From Candidatus Thorarchaeota archaeon (lineage in GTDB: Archaea > Asgardarchaeota > Thorarchaeia > Thorarchaeales > Thorarchaeaceae): a stretch of 23,022 bases of DNA. The position numbers and the translations under genes are program-made. The notes under the pieces were generated by a model. The model worked only from the letters and a program-made list of their open reading frames with translations. It did no database searches and was not told the origin of the DNA. The stretch is taken from assembly GCA_016839445.1 (NCBI GenBank), contig JAEOUG010000156.1, positions 1 to 23,022 on the forward strand. Reading direction: 5' to 3'. Positions 8,993-16,296 of the stretch are shown one piece after another (within the stretch, counting starts at the first letter, position 1; each line of letters opens with the position of its first letter).

Positions 8993-9415
8993 TTATGTTT
9001 CGTCGGATTTCCATCTGAGCCATCGAAGTTTCGTAGAGCCACACTTGCCGCACGTGCTCTTGTCATCTGCCGACATGTCAACCGAAGCTCCACAGTCGAG
9101 GCACTCGAGGACGCCTGTACCATCAGCAAGGATATACCTTCCTCCCTCGATTCGAAGGACGCTGCCCAACACAATTCCTCTGGCAATCTTGCTGCGTGCT
9201 GAGGACAAGATTCGGTTGAATGTGGGCTGGCTGACCTGCATTGCTGCGCTGGCATCTCTCTGGCTGAGCCCCTCGAAATCAGCCATGCGCACTGCCTCGT
9301 ACTCGTCAATTGTTATGAGAATCTCCTCTAGGTCTTTTGCAGGGATGCCTGCAGGCTTGAAGACCGAGATGTGGGGTTCTCGTGTCACAAGTCGCCTTCT
9401 CTTTCTCCGAGGCAT
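8993..9415 (-). CDS. DUF134 HTH protein with C-terminal Zn ribbon
   Basis: MPRRKRRR..FKPAG..DEYEAVRMADFEGLSQRDASAAMQVSQPTFNRILSSARSKIA..LRIEGG; CLDC...CGKCGS. Confidence 0.92.
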   Translation of the reverse strand: MPRRKRRRLVTREPHISVFKPAGIPAKDLEEILITIDEYEAVRMADFEGLSQRDASAAMQVSQPTFNRILSSARSKIARGIVLGSVLRIEGGRYILADGTGVLECLDCGASVDMSADDKSTCGKCGSTKLRWLRWKSDET

Positions 9416-9522
9416 GACTTAGGCTTCATGTGGGGGCCAGAAAAAGTCTTGTGTTCAGCCCCAAATCTACCACAATAGTCCAGATTTTAAAAGCAGAGCG
9501 TTGGTTAGAGGTGGCGATTTCG

Positions 9523-10608
9523 ATGAAGGCTCCCTGTTATCTCTGTGGAGAGGACTCTGTCCTAGATGGACTCTGCGGCAGATGCTATGCCAAAGAGCAT
9601 CCTCTTGCAGGAGTTCCTCGCATGGTTTCCATTGAGACCTGCAAGAGATGTGGGGCCATCAGAGTTCCGGGAGGGTGGAAGCGAATTCCCACATCTCTCT
9701 CAGGAGAGGAGGAGGTCCTAGAGTATCAGCTATGGGACTTGCTCAGCAGAGAAGTGAAGACCACGTCTAAGGATGTGGAGCTCTCCCTCGAAGAACTGAA
9801 CCGACTTGATCGGGTACTTCACATGAGATTGCACATCGAAGGAAGCAGTCATCCCTCTCTTCCTAGACACCATGAGGACTACGACATCGAGATTCGTCAG
9901 TCCTACTCAACGTGCGATACCTGCGGAATGGCGAGCGGAGGATATCACGAAGCGATTCTCCAAGTGCGCGCAGATGGGAGGGGGCTCACTGAGGGAGAGG
10001 AATCCGAGATAGCAGCAATAGTCACCGACATGACTGTGTCGCAATACGAGTCTGATTCAAAGGCCTTCGTGACGAGCACGAGCACAGACCAGTACGGTAT
10101 GGATTTCTACGTAGGCTCTGAGCACTTGGCAAGGAGTCTTGCTGCAGAACTTGAGTCACAGTACTTGGCTGAGCGAAAAGAGAACTTCAAGCTCGTTGGG
10201 CAGGACAAAGGGGGGAAGGAAAAGTACCGAGTGACCATTCTTGTCAGACTCCCTCGCTTCACCACTGGTGACTTTGTGTCTGTTGCGGGAAACCCATGTC
10301 AGGTCATCGCAATGTCGAATGGCGGGCTCACCTGCTTCGACCTACGAGCACGATCTCGGTTCACAATGAACCAGAAGAGCGTCAAGTGGCGGACACTCGA
10401 GTACCTCACCGAGGAGTCAGACAAGCGAGCATTCATGATAGTGACGCATGCATTCGGGAAGCCTGTGCAATTGATGGACTCAAAGACATACGAGACCATC
10501 GAGGTAGACGAAGCGTCACTGGACTTCGAGTTCTCAACCGGGGACACCGTGTATGGAATAGAGCTTGATGATCAGCTCTACATTCTTCCAAGTGCCCCCT
10601 CGGACTGA
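9523..10608 (+). CDS. nmd3: NMD3 family large-subunit maturation factor
   Basis: CYLC, CGRC, CKRC and CDTC pairs, GYHEAILQVR, YRVTILVRLP, C-terminal VQLMD eIF5A-like region. ATG 9523 has a GAGGTG SD and TTTTAAAA at 9485-9492. Confidence 0.93.
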   Translation: MKAPCYLCGEDSVLDGLCGRCYAKEHPLAGVPRMVSIETCKRCGAIRVPGGWKRIPTSLSGEEEVLEYQLWDLLSREVKTTSKDVELSLEELNRLDRVLHMRLHIEGSSHPSLPRHHEDYDIEIRQSYSTCDTCGMASGGYHEAILQVRADGRGLTEGEESEIAAIVTDMTVSQYESDSKAFVTSTSTDQYGMDFYVGSEHLARSLAAELESQYLAERKENFKLVGQDKGGKEKYRVTILVRLPRFTTGDFVSVAGNPCQVIAMSNGGLTCFDLRARSRFTMNQKSVKWRTLEYLTEESDKRAFMIVTHAFGKPVQLMDSKTYETIEVDEASLDFEFSTGDTVYGIELDDQLYILPSAPSD

Positions 10609-10718
10609 GCGTGAAGAGGCTTCTATTGCCCTTATTTCGGTACGCTTAAATGCGCCCCGTCTGTTGAAAACTCGTCAGATGGACTACCGGAGTCCATCAT
10701 CACCATTGGAGGCATTTT

Positions 10719-11051
10719 TTGTCTAGTAGAAAAGGTGGCCGCAGAGGTCAGGATACCAGTCCTGCTGAACCAGTCCGAGTGAGGACTCCCAATCCCAGAG
10801 ATGGGGAGATGTTTGGTGTCATAGTACAGATGCTCGGTTTCGACAGAGTTCGGGTCAGGTGCGAGGATGGTAACATCCGCATCGGAAGAATCCCCGGCAG
10901 GATGAAGAAGCGCGTCTGGATGAGAGTAGGAGACACCGTAATCATTGTACCTTGGGACTTCCAGAGTGAGGACAAGTGTGACGTTGTCTACAGATATCGT
11001 GGTAATGAGCTCGATTGGCTTGAGAAGAAAGGACTTCTCAAGATGTTCTAG
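10719..11051 (+). CDS. eif1a: Translation initiation factor 1A
   Basis: GEMFGVIVQMLG..VRCEDG..RIPGRMKKRVWMRVGD..PWDFQ; TTG start with GGAGG SD. Confidence 0.97.
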   Translation: MSSRKGGRRGQDTSPAEPVRVRTPNPRDGEMFGVIVQMLGFDRVRVRCEDGNIRIGRIPGRMKKRVWMRVGDTVIIVPWDFQSEDKCDVVYRYRGNELDWLEKKGLLKMF

Positions 11052-11121
11052 CGCCAATCCTTTTCTGCAAACTGACGAATACTACCAGTGCAATCCAGCA
11101 CTACGTGGGTGAGGGTCCGCC

Positions 11122-11907
11122 TTGAAGAGAGTCGATAAGGAACACGAGCGGCTCCTGTCCGAACTTGATCGTCGAAAGATGAAGCGGATTAAGGACACAG
11201 ACGAGTTCAAGGTAGTCGAGGGTGTCATCGACCCTCCGACACTCAAGTGCCTCTACAAACTACTGAATCGCGGCACGATCCAAGCTCTACACGGGGCCAT
11301 TAGCACTGGCAAAGAGGCGAATGTCTATCGAGGTGTCGATGCCGATGGGAAGTCAGTCGCTGTCAAGATCTATAGAATCTCCACAGCCGAAACCGACTAT
11401 ATGCTGGAGTACATTGTTGGCGACCCTCGGTTCAAGCGTGTTGGCCGTCGCAGCAGAGTGCTAATTCCGCAGTGGGCCATGAAGGAATTCAAGAATCTCA
11501 CACGATACCATGAAGCGGGTGTCAGGGTTCCCAAGCCCCTAGACATTGAGCGCAATGTTCTTGTCATGGAGTTTATCGGGGACCAGAAGGAAAGCTTGCC
11601 AGCTCCCCTTCTCAAGAATTCTAGAATCGAGAATCCGGTAGACGTCTTTGACGACATCATCAGCATGGTTGAGAAAGGGTACCGGGAGGCCGGTCTTGTA
11701 CACGCGGATCTTAGTGAATACAACATCCTTTGGCACAACGAGCCCGTCTTCATAGATGTCTCTCAGGGGGTGCTGAAAGCGCATCCTGCAGCCAAGAGGT
11801 ACCTTCATCGCGATATCCAAAACATAATCAACCACTTCTCAAAACTGGGAGTGGAATCCGAGGACCCTGTAGAAATAACCAGACACATCATCGGAAACGG
11901 TGAATGA
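11122..11907 (+). CDS. rio1: RIO1 family Ser/Thr kinase/ATPase
   Basis: ISTGKEANVY, VAVKIY, VLVMEFIG, LVHADLSEYNIL, FIDVSQ; TTG start. Confidence 0.96.
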   Translation: MKRVDKEHERLLSELDRRKMKRIKDTDEFKVVEGVIDPPTLKCLYKLLNRGTIQALHGAISTGKEANVYRGVDADGKSVAVKIYRISTAETDYMLEYIVGDPRFKRVGRRSRVLIPQWAMKEFKNLTRYHEAGVRVPKPLDIERNVLVMEFIGDQKESLPAPLLKNSRIENPVDVFDDIISMVEKGYREAGLVHADLSEYNILWHNEPVFIDVSQGVLKAHPAAKRYLHRDIQNIINHFSKLGVESEDPVEITRHIIGNGE

Positions 11908-12479
11908 GAAGAATGCAGTATCACGAAACAATCAAAGTCCCTTCCGAGCGAATCGGAGTAATCGTTGGACGCAACGGCCGTGTAAGGAAGAGGATAGAAG
12001 AGCTCACCAACGTCAAGATTGATGTTGACTCCACTGGCATAGTGACTATCATAAGGTCAGTGGACACAGAAGACCCCGTCTTGGCCTGGAAGGCGAGAGA
12101 CATTGTCCGTGCCATGGCAAGGGGCTTCAGTCCAAAGAATGCATTCGCTCTTGTCGATGATGACACGAGACTAGTCGTGATTTCCCTTCGAGAGTCTGTC
12201 GGCACTTCGCCTACTCAACTGAAACGTGTGGCAGGACGAATCATCGGGGAGAATGGACGCACTCGGCGCTTGATTGAGCAGATTACGGAGACCAAGCTGT
12301 CAGTCTACGGTAAGACTGTATCACTCATTGGGTCTGATCCTGGACTTGACTACGCACAGCGAGCGGTGGACATGCTAGTCAAGGGAGCTCCACATGGTGC
12401 AGTCTACTCTCAACTGGAGCGAATGCGTAGAGAGATGAACAGGCAGAGAGCTGAGCTGTGGGAGCCAACTGACCTCTGA
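11904..12479 (+). CDS. dim2: KH-domain pre-rRNA processing protein Dim2/Pno1
   Basis: Two KH GxxG loops (IVGRNG, IIGENG), ARGFSPKNA, GAPHGAVY; 4-nt overlap with rio1. Confidence 0.93.
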   Translation: MRRMQYHETIKVPSERIGVIVGRNGRVRKRIEELTNVKIDVDSTGIVTIIRSVDTEDPVLAWKARDIVRAMARGFSPKNAFALVDDDTRLVVISLRESVGTSPTQLKRVAGRIIGENGRTRRLIEQITETKLSVYGKTVSLIGSDPGLDYAQRAVDMLVKGAPHGAVYSQLERMRREMNRQRAELWEPTDL

Positions 12480-12528
12480 GTAATACGCTCACTAATAACC
12501 CCAGCAATTCACCCTATTTCTGAGTACC

Positions 12529-14040
12529 ATGGGTCAAAAGGTCGAGCGTGAGCCAGCATTCGAGAGCATCTCTGTAGCTGAGTTCTTCTACAGGAACCGG
12601 CAGATGGCAGGCTTTGGGAACAGCACACAGGCTGTCTACTCGACAGTCCGCGAACTAGTCGAGAACAGCCTAGACTCCTGCGAAGAAGCGCTGAGGTCGC
12701 CGCTTGTCGACATCACCATCAGTTCGCTTGATCCAGAAGTCTGTCATGTTTCGGTATCGGACAACGGCCTTGGAGTTCCTGTGGAATATGCACCGGAAGC
12801 GTTCACACGGGTCCTATATGGGAGTAAGTATCGTCAGCGGCAGAAGCGAGGCGCCTTCGGTCTCGGAGTGACCATGGCAGTACTCTATGGCCAAGTCACA
12901 ACAGACTTGCCAGTAGTGGTTCACACTCAGACTGAGGAAGATGGAGGAACGGAGTTCACACTTCTCATCGACGTGAAGAATAATGCACCAGTAGTTAAGG
13001 CAACTCGACGTCTGCGTCGCGGCAGTGCCGGAACAACGGTCTCTCTCAGCATCAAGGGGGACACAAAGAGAGCTAGGGAGCGGATTATCGAGTATCTCCG
13101 CCTGACTTCGGTGAGCACACCGTATGCTCGGATAAGTCTCTCCATCAATGGAGAAAAGGAGTCCTTTGGAGGAGTATCCCAGGAACTCCCGCGAAATCCG
13201 ATCGAAACAAAGCCTCATCCGAGATCGGCTGACCTTGAGCTGCTGAGAAGGCTCTCTTCAGACGCCATGTCCAGAGGCCTACGGGAGTGGCTGGTCGATT
13301 CATTTCAGAAGGTCGGTGAAAAGACAGCAGCAAGGCTGCTAGAGTTCATATCTCTTGACTCACGCCAGCCTGTGTCGTCTCTCACCAGAGAGCAACTCAC
13401 CGTGCTGGCCGGGGGACTGCGCAAGTTTGACGACTTTGAGGGTCCTGACCCCAGAAGTCTCAATCCAGTTGGGAAGGGACAATTCCTTCTCGGAGTCCAA
13501 TCGACCTTCAGTACCACAGCAACTCAATATGCTGCGCGAGTCCCATCGGAATGGGATGGGCATGCCTTCATTGTGGAGGCGGTCTTGGCCACTGGGGATG
13601 ATTTCCCATGTTCAGATCTTCCCACGGTCTTCAGATTCGCCAATAGGGTACCGCTTCTATACGATGCAAGTGAGGATGTCCTCACAAGAGCATTGAGGAA
13701 GGTGAACTGGAGCCGCTACAGTTTGAGGTCTTCTCCTCCTGCAGCAATATTCGTCAATCTTTCGTCCACGAGGGTGCCATTCAAGGCAGCCGGCAAGCAG
13801 TCGATTGACGCAGTTCCGAGTATCGAAGCTGAGGTGGTTGCACTCTACAGAGACCTAGGCCGTAAGCTCAGAAAAGTGGTGAACCGAGGCCAGAGAGCCA
13901 CCAGAGTCTCACGAAAGAAGAAGGAATTCTCCAAGTCTTTCAGACTCCTTGCCGAATCCAGTGCCAACCTTGCCGAATGTGAGGTGCCTGAGTATGAGGG
14001 TATGATTCAGAATCTATTCGAGGTGGATGAAGATGTATGA
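12529..14040 (+). CDS. top6B: DNA topoisomerase VI subunit B
   Basis: SVAEFF, RELVENSLDS, SDNGLG, VLYGSKY..RGAFGLG (GHKL); H2TH region; RFANRVPLL; VPFKAAGKQ. Confidence 0.96.
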   Translation: MGQKVEREPAFESISVAEFFYRNRQMAGFGNSTQAVYSTVRELVENSLDSCEEALRSPLVDITISSLDPEVCHVSVSDNGLGVPVEYAPEAFTRVLYGSKYRQRQKRGAFGLGVTMAVLYGQVTTDLPVVVHTQTEEDGGTEFTLLIDVKNNAPVVKATRRLRRGSAGTTVSLSIKGDTKRARERIIEYLRLTSVSTPYARISLSINGEKESFGGVSQELPRNPIETKPHPRSADLELLRRLSSDAMSRGLREWLVDSFQKVGEKTAARLLEFISLDSRQPVSSLTREQLTVLAGGLRKFDDFEGPDPRSLNPVGKGQFLLGVQSTFSTTATQYAARVPSEWDGHAFIVEAVLATGDDFPCSDLPTVFRFANRVPLLYDASEDVLTRALRKVNWSRYSLRSSPPAAIFVNLSSTRVPFKAAGKQSIDAVPSIEAEVVALYRDLGRKLRKVVNRGQRATRVSRKKKEFSKSFRLLAESSANLAECEVPEYEGMIQNLFEVDEDV

Positions 14041-15085
14041 GTCAGAGGATGCACTCGCAGTTCTGAGGAAGATGGGCCGGTCTGTAGTTGATTCAATTCA
14101 GAACCAGCAGTTCCCCGCTATTGACATTCCTGACCGCAAGACCAACAACATAGTGTACGACGAGGCATCTGGCAGATTCACCCTGGGTCCCTCGACATCA
14201 AGAAGGGATTCGAGCAACACCAAGCACGTCAGGAGCTTTGCGCAGCTGATGTGGGTAGCGGACTTCGCTAAGCGTCTGCTTGAGTCCTCACGTACGAGCT
14301 CTCTTCGCGATCTCTACTACTCTAGCGAGGCCTTCGGCGTCAAGTTCGCGGATCAATCGGAATCCGACAGAATCGTAACGGACCTTGAATGCTACACAGG
14401 CCACCCTCGGGAGTCGTTCGGCATCTTCCCTGAGGAGCACTCCTCCATCTATGGCGAGATAGTCCTGAGGTACACAGTACCAGGATACGAAGGCCGCGAG
14501 ATTGATCTCACAATAAGCCCGGATGGTCTCCCTGTCGGACCCGCAATCGTATCCGCTGAGCCAGTCCGAAGCGAGGCTCGACTAGTACTAGCTGTTGAGT
14601 CCGGAGGTATGTTCTCCCGCCTCATCGAATCAAGAGCATGGAAACGATTCGGTGCAGTTCTTGTCCAGCTCGGAGGTCAACCACCAAGGGCAACCAGAAG
14701 ACTACTTCGAATCCTTCGAAGCAGACTGGATCTTCCCGTGTACATATTCACAGATGGCGATCCTTGGGGTATGCACATTGCCAAGGTCATTATCAGTGGT
14801 AGCGCCAATTCGGCCCATATATCCGACCTGGCAGTTCCTGATGCCAAGTGGATTGGAGTCACTCCAGATGACATAGAGAACTACTCCCTCCCGAGTGAGC
14901 CTCTGACCAATGCAGATCTCAAACGTCTGGACGACCTTACGAGAGATGTAAGGTATGATTCGTCCAAGTGGGCTGGGTACATCGATGGCTTTCGCCGACT
15001 CAGGGTCAAGGCTGAGCAGCAGGCGTTTAGCAGGTACGGCATGGACTATGTTGTAGACAGATACCTTCAGGACAAGTTGGTCTAG
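14033..15085 (+). CDS. top6A: DNA topoisomerase VI subunit A
   Basis: SLRDLYY (catalytic Tyr), TOPRIM LAVESGGMF and FTDGDPWG, KAEQQA. Start is ATG 14033 (or 14027), overlapping top6B. Confidence 0.96.
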   Translation: MYESEDALAVLRKMGRSVVDSIQNQQFPAIDIPDRKTNNIVYDEASGRFTLGPSTSRRDSSNTKHVRSFAQLMWVADFAKRLLESSRTSSLRDLYYSSEAFGVKFADQSESDRIVTDLECYTGHPRESFGIFPEEHSSIYGEIVLRYTVPGYEGREIDLTISPDGLPVGPAIVSAEPVRSEARLVLAVESGGMFSRLIESRAWKRFGAVLVQLGGQPPRATRRLLRILRSRLDLPVYIFTDGDPWGMHIAKVIISGSANSAHISDLAVPDAKWIGVTPDDIENYSLPSEPLTNADLKRLDDLTRDVRYDSSKWAGYIDGFRRLRVKAEQQAFSRYGMDYVVDRYLQDKLV

Positions 15086-16119
15086 AGCCAGCCAGTGCCA
15101 AAGGGATAGAAGAAGATGAAGAACATCACGGCACCATAGACAAGCAGAGCCTGCAGAAGCAAGAGAATCCTGACGTTCTTCTTCTCAGTCATGTTCCTCG
15201 AGAAGTGGGGCAATAGCCAGTAGATCGTATAGGGGCCCACTACTTGCAGAGTGCCATCTTCCCTTGGAGTGGCGAACTTGACCCAGTCTTGCCCTGTGCG
15301 TCTGACATGTAGTCGATACCATATGTAGAGAAGGAAGTTGATGCCAAAGGGAATGTACATGACGATTGCCAGTCTGTCCATGTTCCCGATTATCAGAGCT
15401 GCCGCGATGGCAGCTCCCATGGGCAGTCTTCCGACGTCTCCCGGTAGGACCTTGGCGGGAAACCTGTTGAAGATAATGAAGCCAATCGCTGCACCAAGCA
15501 GGGCGGCTGCGACAACGGCAGCCTGCATCTCTTTCGGTCCGATTGTGTGGCCATTGATGAAATGAGACATCAGGACATAGACCACAAGCCCTGAGGAATT
15601 AATGATGCTAAGACCAGATTCCAGCCCGTTCATCCCTCCATACATGTTTGTGGCATCTATGATGAAGGTCATCATCAGCGGCACAATCAGGAGGGCATAC
15701 CAGATCCCGAAGTTGACAGTTCCTATGATTGGAAGGGTCATTGTCGGAGTCCCGACACTCATGACCATCATGGGAATAGTAGAAACGAGAGGCAGTGCGA
15801 TCTTCGTTCGAGTCGAGAAGTCCAGATGGTCGTCCAAGAGGCCTATCATTCCCGCCATGAGGATTGAAACGAGGGCCGCGAGGATTCCTACACTCTCAAC
15901 GGAAAGGCTCTGGAAGGTCGTCAGACCTAGCACAATCAGAAGACCGAAGACCAATCCAAAGAGAAGGATGAAGCCTCCACCCTTGGGCACCTCTGGTCGG
16001 TCCGTCTTGTGAACATCGATTCCTGTAGAGCCCCTCTCTCTCAGGACCTTGATTGCGCTGGGTAGGAAGAGGAGCACGGTCAAGAGGGATACCACAAGTG
16101 CCGCCTGAATCTCGAGCAT
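15082..16119 (-). CDS. aglH: UDP-GlcNAc:dolichyl-phosphate GlcNAc-1-phosphate transferase (AglH/ALG7/DPAGT1; MraY/GPT family)
   Basis: About 10 TM; GIDVHKTDRPEVPKGGG, IGLLDD, NMYGGMNGLE, FNRFPAKVLPGDVG. ATG 16119 preferred over TTG 16137. Confidence 0.85.
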   Translation of the reverse strand: MLEIQAALVVSLLTVLLFLPSAIKVLRERGSTGIDVHKTDRPEVPKGGGFILLFGLVFGLLIVLGLTTFQSLSVESVGILAALVSILMAGMIGLLDDHLDFSTRTKIALPLVSTIPMMVMSVGTPTMTLPIIGTVNFGIWYALLIVPLMMTFIIDATNMYGGMNGLESGLSIINSSGLVVYVLMSHFINGHTIGPKEMQAAVVAAALLGAAIGFIIFNRFPAKVLPGDVGRLPMGAAIAAALIIGNMDRLAIVMYIPFGINFLLYIWYRLHVRRTGQDWVKFATPREDGTLQVVGPYTIYWLLPHFSRNMTEKKNVRILLLLQALLVYGAVMFFIFFYPFGTGWL

Positions 16120-16296
16120 TTCACCAACCTCGTGCAACCTCGAGGCTGTCCCCGTTTTGACCTTTTCGGGAAGCTGTGCATGCTTTCAACGTCCGAAATC
16201 TATTTTAGCGAACCCGAAGCTCGAGCGCTCACTCGCTGACCAGTGGATAGTACGTCTACTGGTAGTGAAGTTCCAATCAGCAAACGGTGAAACGGA

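Noticed and set aside
9430-9522. N-terminal extensions in the ORF track (nmd3 here; likewise ef1b, DUF424, HD protein, trm112, gcvPA)
   Set aside because: They run through TATA/SD elements or neighbouring genes, and family similarity begins at the downstream starts.
14033-15085. Spo11-like meiotic nuclease interpretation of top6A
   Set aside because: It is paired with an intact GHKL top6B in the usual rio1-dim2-top6BA context, so it is an ordinary topoisomerase VI.
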